Origin: Selaginella moellendorffii
Lineage: Eukaryota; Plantae; Lycopodiophyta
DNA length: 64,000 nt
Assembly (NCBI RefSeq): GCF_000143415.4
Contig: NW_003314275.1
Coordinates: 496,001 to 560,000 of the forward strand
Reading direction: 5' to 3'
Shown: one piece after another, positions 1 to 12,202 of the stretch
Layout of the letters: every line of letters begins with the position of its first letter
Position numbering within the stretch: the first letter of the stretch is position 1
The notes under the pieces: model-generated
Seen by the model: only the letters and a program-made list of their open reading frames with translations
What the model was told of the DNA's origin: nothing
Database searches by the model: none
Translations under genes and position numbers: made by a program

Positions 1-442
1 CCAAGGTTGGTCTAGAGCTACTGAGGCAATGGGCAAAGCTCAGGATAGGTATTTACGTGATAAGGAATAGCATCATCAGGATGTATCCTATCAAGTGGGA
101 GATCAAATGTGACTATCTTACCAGAATTTGAACATTAAGGGATCTTTGTCTCGGAAGCTGTTACCGAGATATGTTAGACTTTATCAGGTGTTGAAACAAA
201 TTGGTGATGTATCCTATCTGTTGGATCTGCCTACGGAGATGTCTAATGTTCATAATGTATTTCATGCCAATCTATTGGCTCCTTACACTATGGATGTTGC
301 ACGACACAAGGAGATTCATCCGTCACTAGATGTTGTGGACAGTAAACTAGAATATGAAGTTGAAGCTATCTTGGATTCTCGGTTTCAGAGATGGGCTCAT
401 GCGAAGGAATATCTAATTAAGTGGAAAGGTTACCCATCTTGA
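1..442 (+). mobile_element. 3' end of a Ty3/gypsy chromovirus pol (integrase C-terminus plus chromodomain), truncated
   Basis: ORF 128-442: KLLPRYVRLYQVLKQIGDVSYLLDLP..VHNVFHANLL (GPY/F region), then EYEVEAILDSR..EYLIKWKGYP (chromodomain). It joins directly to family-D LTR sequence at ~441. Confidence 0.9.
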
Positions 443-830
443 AAGATACTTATCGGCCAGTCCTTACAGACACTCTTTCCTTATTGCCATGACGGAAGGA
501 GGTCGGTACAGTTGGATCCCTTTGGTAGCCCCTCTTGTGCTAGTGGAGTTAACTAAGCATTTCGAGTGTACTTAAACCAAACAAGCATAAAGATGGAATT
601 TTTACATGCTATTAGCTAAGTATACTTAGCCCAGTAAAGAGTTCTTGTCTTGTTGTGTTTTGCACTGGTTAGTAACAAGAACCCTTACGTATTGAGACTA
701 ATCCCTCAATATCACTGGATGATAGCTTACCGTATCTGCCAAACACCCTCACTATCATACCTTTTGTGTTAGTCTCATTTCGGTCCCAAATGCTAATTAT
801 GGAAAGTGTTTAGATTCGCTCATTTGGCAT

Positions 831-2468
831 TGTGAAACACAAAATCCCTAGGCCCCAAAGTGGAGCCAAAAAGGCGCCACATGGTAGTGGCCGAAGCGAA
901 AGCCAAACAAGCGTAACACATTTGGACTAAAAGCTTCGCCTTGAAAGGTCGAGAGCGGGGGTGGAACCCCCAACAAAGTGCTCGAGGAATGAGCACAAAG
1001 CGAGCAATAAGCGAGGCTCTAAAAAGGGACCCAAAAAGACCAACACATGACATGTGGAAGTGTCCGAGATGGAGTCCGAGATGGACCGAGACGGAGTCCG
1101 AGATGGAGTCCAAGATGGAGTCCGAGATAGAGTTCGAGATGGAGTCCGAGATGGACCGAGACGGAGTCCGAGACAGAGTTCGAGACAGAGTCCGAGATGG
1201 AGTCCGAGATGGACCAAGACGGAGTCCGAGATGGAGTCCGAGATGGACCGAGACAGAGTCCGAGATGGAGTCCGAGATGGATCCGAGATGGAGTCCAAGA
1301 TGGAGTCCAAGATGGAGTCTGAGATGGAATCCGAGATGGAGTCCAAGATGGACTCGAGATGGAGTCCGAGGTCGAGACCAAGACTGGGACCGAGACCGAG
1401 ACCGAGATCAGGACCGAGACCGAGGCTGAGGCCGAGACCGAGCCTGAGCCCGAGTCCGAGCCCGAGCCCGAGCCCGAGTCCGAGTCCGAGTTCGAGTCTG
1501 AGAGGGTGAAAGCCCAAAGCATTCGTCTCCCAGACTCTAGGGGGTTTGGTAAGCTCCAAAAGTATAGTAGGGGGAGGATTGCAGTGGAAGGCCAGTTTGG
1601 CCCAGGAAGGCTGTACCCAGTGTTGGGTGATGAGCTGCCCACTGAGAAGTCCAAGACTAAAGTGAACATGGACCGACAAGCGGGGTAGCTTGGTGAAGTG
1701 TTCAAGAGCCGGCGAGAGATCGACTAGCCGATGCTCTCAGTCCAAGTGTGGGTGGCACTACCTACTTGGATACTAGGCGTGGCTCAATAGAACCTCGCTC
1801 TAAGCCCATGGCTAGAGCACCCAAAGGCAGGAGGTGGGGAGAGTACCCACGAGGCTTGCGTAAGGCCATAGTGTTCCGAAATGTTGTCCCAAAGGCCCAG
1901 ACTGTGGAAAGGAAGAGGAGTAGTCCTCTGGTGTAGTGACCAAGGATACAGTCATACGGTGAGGAAGTCCCAGAGGACCGTGGGACTTAGTGGTTGGGCC
2001 TGTGGGCCTTGATCCAGTGGCAATGTTGGCGAACACGGTCAAGGACAGAAAGGGACTTGGTGGGGACCAGAAAGGAGATATTGGGGAAGGCTATTCCCTA
2101 TGTCTGCGAGCATCCTAAGGATGCTAAGGAGTGGATCTGGGATGACCACTCGTGGATGAATGGCCCAGTCTTGGAGAGACGGGATTGTAATGCAGGTGGT
2201 GTTGAACCACCAATGTGACCAAGGTGACTGGGCATGGCCTAGCGTAACAGGTTGGTATGTTAGTGGTGCCTTGGGGTGTCGGTCATGGGACCAGACACGT
2301 GGAGCACTTGGACCAAGTGCAAAGGTTGAGTGGCATGGATGCCATTCTCGGGGCTAGCAAGCCCTAAGTCTTGAGTGGGACTTATGGAGGTAGTGAATGA
2401 GACTCCTCCAAGTGGTCGGAGGTGCAGTTAAGTGACTAAAGTAGAATGGAAAAAATTAATTACTTACA
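831..2468 (+). mobile_element. Solo LTR (family F, ~1.64 kb) containing a hexamer array
   Basis: Starts TGTGAA and ends CTTACA. It is flanked by GGCAT (826-830) and GACAT (2469-2473), a 5-bp TSD with one mismatch. Its 3' half recurs at 60646-61522 with the same CTTACA end. Confidence 0.8.
1063..1500. repeat. Tandem CCGAG(A/T) hexamer array with a ~12-bp higher-order unit (GGAGTCCGAGAT)
   Basis: Directly visible. It explains the low-complexity ORFs in all frames at 820-1705. Confidence 0.95.
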
Positions 2469-3135
2469 GACATATTTACGGAATGTAGACATTGGCCTGA
2501 ATACAATGGTGTTCATCCTATGTCCAAATTCGCATGAGACATTCATCCCATGTCCGAATACATGAGACATTAGTTTGGCTTCCACTGGGCTATGTCACTC
2601 CTTGTTTTGCGTCCGTCTTGGGTCTAAGCCCAAACTCCACGCTGCTCTAGTCGATGGGATATCCTCCTCTTTGTGTTAGGCCACCGGTATGCCAAAATTG
2701 TGCCAGACACCGTCTGACACCATTTTGCATGCATGTGCTAGATACAGGGAGTTGGTGCTCGTGGGATTGAACCTGACCCTCTTTTCGTAGCGCAACGGAC
2801 TTGGAGTTTGGCTCCAAATTCAAGTGCACTACATTGACTCTAATCCAACTTTGTTAAACAGGGCCTTTTATTTTCCAACAAAACACCAAAAAACTGGATG
2901 TAGTTTCATTGGGCATGAAACCAGCAAAGAGCTTTTACCTAGAGGGGCCTACCATGGAAATACTTATGGAGAGGGGGCTTGCTCGTGAACTGGATCCCAA
3001 AGGTTTGCCTAGATGTGTCACCCAGAACCATTTGTCCAGTGGTGTCCACATCCATTCCCAAGTACCTACCTTCCCTTGCTTCCACAAGAAATGTTAGATT
3101 AGTGCTTCTTTCTTAACTTTTTCTAGACCATTTTT

Positions 3136-3212
3136 CCACTCTTTACTATATATATTAAAACTGATACAAAAATAAGAAGTAAAATGGTAGAGTAAAGATT
3201 TTTCCTTGCCAT
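3136..3212 (-). pseudogene. 5' fragment (signal peptide only) of the kissper-like gene, copy K4
   Basis: Near-identical to 56194-56268 including upstream sequence; truncated after the signal peptide. Confidence 0.8.
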
Positions 3213-3605
3213 GAATACTGATAAGAATTTAAAAAAGAAGTAATACAATAGGTAGAGAAAACTAGATTTAAATACTCTAAAATATTAATAGAATATGAGA
3301 TATTCCACAATGTTTAGCTTTTGTCCTTACATATGATAGTTATAAAGTAATTAAAACAAAAATACAACAAATAATTCAACCAATATACTTTATAACTTTA
3401 ATAGTTATAGTGTGCCACCTATATATCCTCCTCCATACTTTCTCTAGATTTAACCTTATTTGTTTGTTCTATGCTATTCATGAGAAGGTTTAGGGTTTAG
3501 GGTTTAAGTTGTGGAGTCAAACTAGGTTATTGGTGTGCCAAACAATATAAAAAATGGAAATTTATTTACTTCTTTTATTTATAAATAATTTATTGATTTA
3601 TTGAT

Positions 3606-3886
3606 TTAGTTAGAACCAACAGGAGATAAAAGCTCATTAGGTGTAGGTAAATCTTCCTCAGGAGGAGGTAAAATATCTAAAGAAGGTGATTGAATTTTCC
3701 CAGTATTTAGACAGAGATTAGTGTTCATATTGGAATCATGTTCGTAAATTCCATTGAAACATGCAATTTTACCCTTACATTCACCATGTGAACTACATGA
3801 TTCTCCACATTTTTTTAAACTATATATATTAAAACTAATACAAAAATAAGAATTAAAATGGTAGAGTAAAGATTTTTTCTTGCCAT
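3606..3886 (-). pseudogene. Kissper-like peptide pseudogene, copy K3
   Basis: Aligns with 55975-56268 but is 13 bp shorter (deletion around the signal cleavage site), causing a frameshift. Stop position is the same. Confidence 0.85.
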
Positions 3887-4354
3887 AAATACAAATAAGG
3901 ATACAAATGAAGAAAAGTAAAACAATAAGAAGAGTAAATTACTTGACTTAGATACCACCAAAATATCAATAAAATATAATATATTCAACAATGTTTAGCT
4001 TTTGTCCTTACCAATATAATACATATAAAGTAATTAAAAACAAAAGAACAACTAATATAATTGATATACTTCACAATTGCAGTATGCCATTTATCTCCCT
4101 TTCCACTCATTCTCTTTTGGTTTGGGGTCACTTGATCTTATCAACATTCTCTTCAACACTCATTAATAACAACATTTAATTAGCCCAATAGAAAATCATT
4201 TAATTTGGACTTTAAATCCTAAACCCTAAACACAGTATTACTATTATACATTTAAAACCCCCCACAACTTTTTCCCATTGCTAGCCTTGCCAAAATCCCC
4301 CCTCTCTAGTCACTCTTTCTGGGTTTAGGCTCATTTAGTGTTATAAATATGACA

Positions 4355-4872
4355 GTTGTGGGGTGTTCCAAATGTATAATAGGGATAGTGAATAGGTCGA
4401 GCATGGCCAACAAACTTAAAGCATAGTCTAACTCTTGCTTGTATGCTTGTCATTGTTTTGCGTCTAATCTTAAGTTCCACATCATGCTAGTTATATCTTT
4501 GCATTAGGCCACCAATATGCTAAAATAGCACCAAATTCTATTTGGCTCTGTTTTACATGTTGGTTTTGGCATTGGGATGCTAGAAGCTCTAGCACTATTC
4601 TAATGTCACTTCATACTCCTATCCTTTCGCTCCTTAGGCTGAACACTCAGGAGTCACTCCGTGCTCTAGGTATTTTGCTCCTTGGCTGCAAGCTTAGGAG
4701 TTTGGCTCTGTACCTTCATTCAATGGCCTATGGCATTGAAAATTGGGTTCTGCACTATTGTTCTTGGACACATGGCATATAAAGGGTTTAGGTTCTACTT
4801 CATGGTTTTCCTATGGTAAATCACTATAGCATAGAGGGTAAAAACCTCATGCACTATATTTGGTATCAAAAG
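4355..4872 (+). mobile_element. Decayed 3' part of a family-D 5' LTR (to 4858) plus tRNA-iMet-type PBS (4861-4872)
   Basis: Ends catgcactata (compare catgcgctaca), then TT-TGGTATCAAAAG and the same post-PBS leader as D1. Confidence 0.7.
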
Positions 4873-5029
4873 ATGAGACTCTACGAGTATTATTCAATAA
4901 GATTGAGCAACTAGTCTTGTTGTATATATAGAAATGAAAATGATGATCCGAGTGTGTATATATTTGGGTGCTTGGGACTATTCCCAACTTCCAGGAGTCC
5001 CTATGGACACAGTCACACACCGCATTACC

Positions 5030-7530
5030 CTTTCCGAATCTGCAAAGCCTATCAAGTAGAAGATGTGCCACTATAATCCAGCATTACTACCAGACATCAA
5101 AACTGAGATCCAAAAGCTTCTGTCAGTCAACTTCATCTTTCTAGTGGAGCATTTAGAGTGGGTGGCAAACCTTGTCCCAACTTGCAAAACCAATGGTAAA
5201 CTCTGGCTTTGTGTGGACTTTCGAGATCTCAACAAAGTCACACTATGAAATCATTTTCCCATGCCTTTTGTGGACTTTGTTATTGATGAGTTAGTAGGCC
5301 ATCACTTCTACTCTTTTATGGATGGGTTCTCGGGCTATAACCAGCTTTTCATCGTGAGCTCACAGCATTCAAGACACCTTGGGGGGTATTCGCATACAAC
5401 ATGTTGCCATTCGGGCTTTGCAACGCAGGAGCCACATTCTAGCGGTTTATGACCTATGCATTCCATGATATCCTGGGGGATGCTCTTCAAATATACATGG
5501 ATGACCTCTGCTCAACCTCAGCCACATTTTATGACCACCTTCACCACTTAGAGCAAGTTTTTCTTCGTTGCCAACATCATCGGTTCACACTTAACCCACT
5601 GAAGTGTAAGTTTTGTGTCACCAAACGCCACCTCCTCAGTTTTGATGTCTCTCGTGATGGAATCCAGCTGCATGATGCAAAGAGAAAAGAGATTCTTGAC
5701 TCCTCTCCAGCAAACATCAAACAAGTACAACAATTTCTCGGCCAAACTGGTTTCTTCCGCTGGTTCATCCACGACTACGCCTCTCTCACACGTCCATTGG
5801 TGGCTTTTCTCAAGCACGACACACCCTTTCGTTGGGATGATTTAGCCCAACAAGCTTTCAACAAATTACATGCAACACTACGACAAGCTCCAATACTATA
5901 ACCATTGGTTCTTGGCCAACATTTTGACATATTTGTCACTACCAGCAATGAAGCATTTGGAGTTTGCATCTATCAACGTGCTGCACCAGGCCAGCCACTT
6001 CATGCCACATACTTTTCTTCCCACTCCTTGACAGAGTCTGAGCAAAAGTTTGTAACTGTTGAAAAGGAAGCTGTTGCAGTGGTGTACACTCTTCGGTGTT
6101 TCTGGCGCATGCTCTTAGGGAGTCATATCATTTTTCATGTTTCCTCTCATGTACTAACATATCTCCTGCAGAAAGCTTTTCAAAACACACGCATTCTTTT
6201 GTAGATCACCACCATCCAAGAGTTCCAGCCGGAGTTTGTCATCAAGCGAAGGTGCATTCTTGATCCTAGTTCATTCCTGGTGTCAACAATGAACACTCAG
6301 GCCATTCCACAGACTCTCGAGGCCTCAAGCAAGTTCCCAGTACACCTCACAAAGGAACAACGAGCAGCTCTTGGAGTCAAAGCATGGAACTATTGCCTCC
6401 TCGATGGCTCCTTATACCAGTGGACTTCCTCTACTGTTCTTCTCAGATGCGTCCTCGAGCGAGAGGTTTCCCAATTATTACAAGTTTTCCACACTTGTGC
6501 GGGACACTTCTCTGGGAAGACTACTGCTCAGCTTCTCCTTCAACATGGATACTTTTGGACAACGATGCATCAAGATGCCATAGACTACCCCAACCGTTGC
6601 TTACAATGCTAACAGTTCAATCCACAGAACCATGTCCCTCCTCTTCCTTTCACATTCATCACTTCTCTAGGACCTTTCTTCAAATGAGGACTTGACTTCA
6701 TTGGCACCATCTCACCTCCTAGTTCACAAGGTCATCGATATCTCCTCATGGCCACTGATTACTTCACGAAGTGGGTGGAAGCAATTCCTCTTCAACATGC
6801 AGATCAACTTTCCAAGGCAAAGTTCCTCTATGAATCAATCGTTTGCAGATTCGGCATCCCAGCAGTCTTCATCTCTGATTGTGGAGGAGCATTCTTGAGC
6901 CGAGTAGTTGAGCACCTCATGGAAAAGCTGGACATGCAACACACTCTGAGTAGCAGCCATTTCCCTCAAGTGAACAGCCAGGCAGAGTCCTCCAACAAGA
7001 TCTTAAAGTCCATCCTTGGCAAGCTGATCGCTGATCATCTCGCAAATGGCATGACCACTTGGCAATTGCACTTTGGGCTTTTAGGACATCCTTTAAGTTT
7101 TCCATCTTAGCCACTCCTTTCTCTTTGGTTTATAGCACAGAGGCTGTCCTTCTGGTGGAGCTCATAGTTCCATCATTGTCACTTTCACTTCCACATGATG
7201 CAGACACATGACTTATAGCAGATGAGAAGTTACAGGCTCGAGCCTAGGACATCATTGCCTTGGATGAACAACGACATGCAGCTGTTAATCACCTCCATGC
7301 TGCAAAATGCAAACTCAAAGCCCGAAAGGACCGTGCCAAGCTAGATGATGAGTTTGCACTGGGACAGCTAGTTCTTCTCCAGGACTTGAATGTACCATTC
7401 AAGTTCTCTCCAAGGTGACAGGGACCATTCTTCATCCAACAGTGTCTTGGTCATGGTTCTTACACCTTGGTTGATGAGGATGGTCGTGATCTTCCCCATC
7501 TTCATAACCAGTCACCTCAAGGCTTTCATC
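5030..7530 (+). mobile_element. Decayed non-chromovirus gypsy pol (RT, RNase H, integrase), element A, related to the Tat element at 39.5-47.5 kb
   Basis: LCVDFRDLNK, YSFMDGFSGYNQ, IYMDDL, HTCAGHF..CLQC, ATDYFTKWVEA; many stops and frameshifts. Confidence 0.9.
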
Positions 7531-8713
7531 CAGTGACGTCTTTCCTTTCTTTTTGTTTTGTTTTGTTTTCTTTGTTGTTTTCACTTGTTTCTCATGTCCT
7601 ACCAGGCCATATGCTCCTGCCAACACAAGCTCAAGCTTAGATTACAGCCTCAAGGTGGCCTTAACTCCACTCATCTAGGAGCTCATTCATCTTCTAGCCT
7701 TTCCCCTTGGTTCCTAGGTTCTTGTCTATCACTTTCAGGAACACATCCTCCTCTTCATTTCCATCCACTTACATTCACGAATCATCACCCTATCCACTTT
7801 CATAATCTCTACATTCCATCATCACAAATACCCACTCTTAGTTTTTTGTCACTTCCACACTATGCATATATGGTACTTTGACTCTTCCAACATCACTATA
7901 TTTCAAAGACTTTCAACAGTACAATGCAATAAAAATCACATTTTTTAGACGTCAGAGACAAAAGATACAACTTAAACCATCACATTGTGAAACTTGAGGC
8001 AAATCCAAGGACATCCCAGCTCTTTTCTTTAGTCGGTTGGGCCTGCACAGAACAGGCATCCAAACACTCATCAATGAAGCAGACAAAACTCCTCACTCCA
8101 CGTACTTCTAGCTGTGTTTGCCTATATCATCTTAGATTGCACTACATGCTATTTCAAATCCTAACAGCATATCAATTGCTACTTCCAGTCTTGTTACATC
8201 ATGTCACGCATGGTCCTCTTCTCTATCATCTACCATAAGGCGGCCTTCATTCCACTTATCCCATCACCTCTTGGGCCACAATCTTCATCTCTTTTCACAC
8301 ATACTTGTACTGCACAATGCATTCACTCCACTCCACTTTCTTCCCTGGAACTTTAGGGGTGAGCTAGGCATGTTCAAGGAACTTCTTGGAGGTGTGGGGA
8401 CCTGTGAGGTTGGGGTCCAAATTTGTGCCTTGTTTTTCTATTATTTTTCATCTTTTTCTTTGTGTTTCTCTCTTTGTCATTTTTCCAGATTTGAGCATCT
8501 AATTCTGGCTTACAGTTTCCCATGGTTTTCCCTCTAACCCAGAACTTCACACTCCATTTCCTTTTTCACATTTGCAGCATTTTCTCTTTCCTTTTCTTTT
8601 TCTTGTTTCTACCACTTGCAGTAGTTACCAGCTCTTGACATTAGAGTTCTTTAGCTTGGTTGTGGATTCTCACCATGTTAGAACCTGTGATAATCCACTA
8701 TAGTCACCTATTA

Positions 8714-8805
8714 CCTACTCCTACTCCCACTCCTCTTACTCCTACTCCTGCTCCTGCTCCTACTCCAACTCTTTTTACTCCTGCTCTTGCTCTTACTCCT
8801 CCTAC
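8714..8805. repeat. Degenerate CCTACT/CCTGCT hexamer run
   Basis: Visible repeat that reads (PT/PA)n. Confidence 0.8.
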
Positions 8806-8812
8806 ACTTGGT

Positions 8813-9006
8813 TGTAACTGTGGGCATCTTGAGAGAGAGAGGAAATATTTTAATTCTTGGGATATTCCAAATGGCTGTATAAAACCCCTACGAGGGAGAA
8901 ATACTAAAGGTTCGGCAGTTTGTGACCTGAGCTAAAGCATGGAGAGAGAGAATTTAGGATGTGAGTAAAGCCATAGAGAGGAGGATTGAGATGCCACACC
9001 TTAACA
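8813..9006 (+). mobile_element. Short (~194 bp) LTR-like sequence related to the Tat LTR
   Basis: TGTAAC...TAACA. It shares (GA)n-GGAAATATT..ATATTCC..TATAAAACCC with 34395-34575. No TSD or clear PPT. Confidence 0.5.
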
Positions 9007-10290
9007 ATGCCTTAAAGAGGCTAGCTATGCATGATCAACACTTAGTCGCAATTAAAGTGAAGACCATGAGATGAACTCATATTGATACACAACTTCTTCA
9101 TATACAAAGCTATAATAGGGGTATTAGCATTTTAGCTGCAAATAACTAAATTAAACATTACCATCCTCAGCAAAAGTGCAAGGCTACCAACACCAAGTCA
9201 AGATTAGTAAGAACTCACTACTCTCATATATATTATGAAATGCAAGGTGCAACTTGCCACCTAACATAATATTACAAAAGAAAGGCACAAAGGTCATATT
9301 TTTAGAAAAGCTCAATCGCCATTTTTTTACACCAACTCCAAACTTTATTTAACTCAATTGTTTTAACCTAAAAGTTAGCATCCTTTTTGGGCCGCATCAT
9401 ACTAAAGTTTAAGATAAACAAAGTCAACAAATATAAGAATGATATTCAATGCTTAAGCATATTGTTGGATTATAAGAAATTTTTCCCAAAAACTATTCCA
9501 TTTTCAAAAACCATTATAAATTAGTGAAGGGGGTTTCAATATCGATATCTGCAAAATGTAAAATGAATATCCAAAACTCGATTATGAAGATTATATCTTT
9601 GGATATCCACATTGTACTAACACTCTTCTCCAATCACCTTCAAAATCTAGTATGAAGCTAAAACTCTAACAAAAAAAATAACATGGAAAATCAAGCTCTA
9701 AGAAAAGTTCCTTATTACTCAACATAAATAATGCCACTTTCATTAACACAAGTGCTAACAATGTGAATGCTTCATCTACACACCTTCTTTATCCAACAAT
9801 TTACTCCAAGTTTAACAAATAAACTAATAAGCCATAACAAGTGAATGTTATAACCCTTTCCAAAATCTCAATGGGTAAACTCTTAAATAAACAAGGTACC
9901 AACTTAAACTTAGCATAATGAATCACTATCAAGAATTTATTCAAAGCTACTACAATGCTATTACATGCAAGTAGATTAGCTTTATTATCAACCACTTTGT
10001 GGTTGATTATTGTTTAACTAAGCAACTTCATAAACATATTACTCACAATCACATAGATATGATATAACTATTACAATGATTTGATCATCAATTGAGCAAT
10101 ACCACAAGTAATGCCCTTGTCATTACTATAAAGATTTATATGAGTATCAAGTGCCACCTCAATTTGACAAAATGCAACATAAAAGCCACACCCTACCGAT
10201 AGAGATTTACAACACCTAATACCAAAATAGGGACTTTTGATTGTAAAATGTGAACATGAGCAATGAGTTAACACTCCATTATAAATCATC
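9007..10290 (-). mobile_element. Internal fragment of non-autonomous LTR family D
   Basis: Collinear with 28140-29340 and with the reverse complement of 52250-53620. Confidence 0.85.
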
Positions 10291-11861
10291 TCTCCAAGAA
10301 GAGAAAATGATTTACATGTTTGATCCTTCGTCCCTGAAAACTTTATTTTCAGTCTTAACTTTGACTAAACTTTAAACTTGTGTTTGCACAGCCTTCAGTT
10401 TAATCCAAGAAAATTTTATAAGAGAGCATGGCAATGAGTACTTGAACCAATAGACTAATCCCTATAGTCTGGATTGATCTACTTATAATCATGCCTAAGA
10501 AGGATCCATTAGTGCTATGCCAAATAGTTATGAATCAGCCTATTCTTTGCTCTTGGCACTGACTCTTCAAATTGCCCAATTGATACAAGAAACTGGCTCA
10601 CGAAAAATAACCTTTTCAACCTTTGGCACTGGACTTACTTGTGTAACAACTGGCACCTCCTCCACTCCATGTTCCTTAGTTCTTTTTTGGTGTCGTGAAA
10701 CAGAATGGTAATCAAACTTTGGATGGTGAGAGTTAGGAGTGATGTTTGGCCCATCAAATGTCTGTCAACACTTCATACGGGCTGTTCTCATGTCCCCGAG
10801 TGATTCATAACTTGATTTCATAGGAGTTCCAGCAACAACTTCCTCCACCATCTTAGACATTGACCCTGCTACTAGTGTTGTCCTTTTACCAACCTGCTCT
10901 TGAAGCTTGTTTAAGTTCAGACCTGTACCAGCAAACCTTGCTTCTTGTGCAGCCAAATCTTTTGATGACTACTCAAGAGATCTAATGAGGTTGGAGAGCA
11001 TAGCTTCATAAAGAACATTTTTCCTTTCCCTGCTTTAGAAGCTCTCTAACTCCAATGTTTGCTCTCAGGGAGATTAATTGTTGATGTAAGTGCTATGTTA
11101 TCAAGTGGTTGATCCTACAAAAAATGCAACATTTGAATGTGACAAAAAAGAAAATGAGAGAAAGCTTACATGGAGAGTATAATGACTGTCAACCGTATAT
11201 ACGGTCGTATTTTCATACTTGAGGTTGCTTTTGTGAGTACTGACGTATTTCTAAGTTAGAAAAAAGGTGAAAATTGAAGAAGCTCGCTGAAGAAGCTTCC
11301 TATGAATATTTCGTCTAGAGAGAGAAAAAGTGACGGATTTCAGAAGTGAGAATTTGAAGAAGTTGTTTCTATGAAGTTGAAGATCTGATCAAGGGCAGTT
11401 CTTTGGTGGTGAAATCAAGTCGATCAGAGTTGTGGATGAAAAGTTATTAGCTGGGAAAGTTTCAGCCATTGGTTGGTGTTTAAGTTTTTGGGAGTTTGAA
11501 ATTAGGGACGGCCATTCAGTTATTTTACAGTTCTTGTTTTCTCTCGGGTTCTGGAGTTCTCTTGGCTCGAAGATGGTGAGACCTCCTATAGGCCGTCGAG
11601 ATCCAGTCGCCGATCGCGTCACCAATAACATGCGGATAAGGCGTGCGATCGAGGAGCTGAGAATTCAAGAGGAGCAGCAAATTCCAACTACCTGTCCAAC
11701 CTGTGGTCAAGTGTGGTACCGTTACTTACGTGTGATCATAGAAGAGTTACTGCAGGCCCAGCGCACTCAGTATGAGTGATTTGTAGTTACTGCTGAAATA
11801 CAAGCCCTAGGGGAGTCTTTCCCATCTTTCTTGGTTGTCGTGTATTTTTTCCCACATTTTT

Positions 11862-11879
11862 TGGTGCGTTAGCCGGGAG
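11862..11879 (+). promoter_or_regulatory. Primer-binding site of element C, tRNA-Gly-like
   Basis: TGGTGCGTTAGCCGGGAG, 5 nt after the LTR; resembles the complement of a tRNA-Gly(TCC) 3' end. Confidence 0.75.
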
Positions 11880-12202
11880 GGCTTAGTCGCAGTAACTGCA
11901 CAGTAAACCGGGCCTGAGGAAAAGGCCGGTCATCTGCGGGCATCTGCAGTAAGCATCCTTTGCCGCAGTTGGTTCTCGGTCTGGCGGGTAGATCCCCGGA
12001 CTGGGATAATTTTCTAGATTTTTCTACTAGGAGGGCAGAGCAGAATCGAGGCTGTTCTGAACGAGCAGCGAGGAGACTGTTGCAGAATTCGCCTGAAACC
12101 AGCCCTGAAACTAGTTCGAGGACTTCGGACTCAAGTTTGAATTGGGAGGAGTGGGGGCCATTTGAACTAGCATCGCCCACACCTCAAGCAGTAAATCCTC
12201 AA

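Larger units (their letters stand above)
441..2830 (+). mobile_element. Decayed family-D LTR (441-830 and 2469-~2830), split by a solo LTR
   Basis: Both pieces match the reverse complement of the D1 LTR (29423-30583). The motif gctcatttggcat|atctacggaatg is interrupted exactly at 830/2469. Confidence 0.8.

Noticed and set aside
1063-1500. CRISPR-like array
   Set aside because: No unique spacers and no cas genes; a simple tandem repeat in a eukaryotic LTR.
820-1705. Multiple overlapping low-complexity ORFs (SR-, ES-, DS-rich); also 50976-51590
   Set aside because: Artefacts of a stop-free hexamer array inside LTRs.
2830-3135. Possible LINE ORF2 fragment on the minus strand (FLWKQGK..W)
   Set aside because: Too short and weak to support.
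10290-10520. Left TIR of the MULE
   Set aside because: No reverse complement of 48191-48258 was seen; the left end appears deleted.
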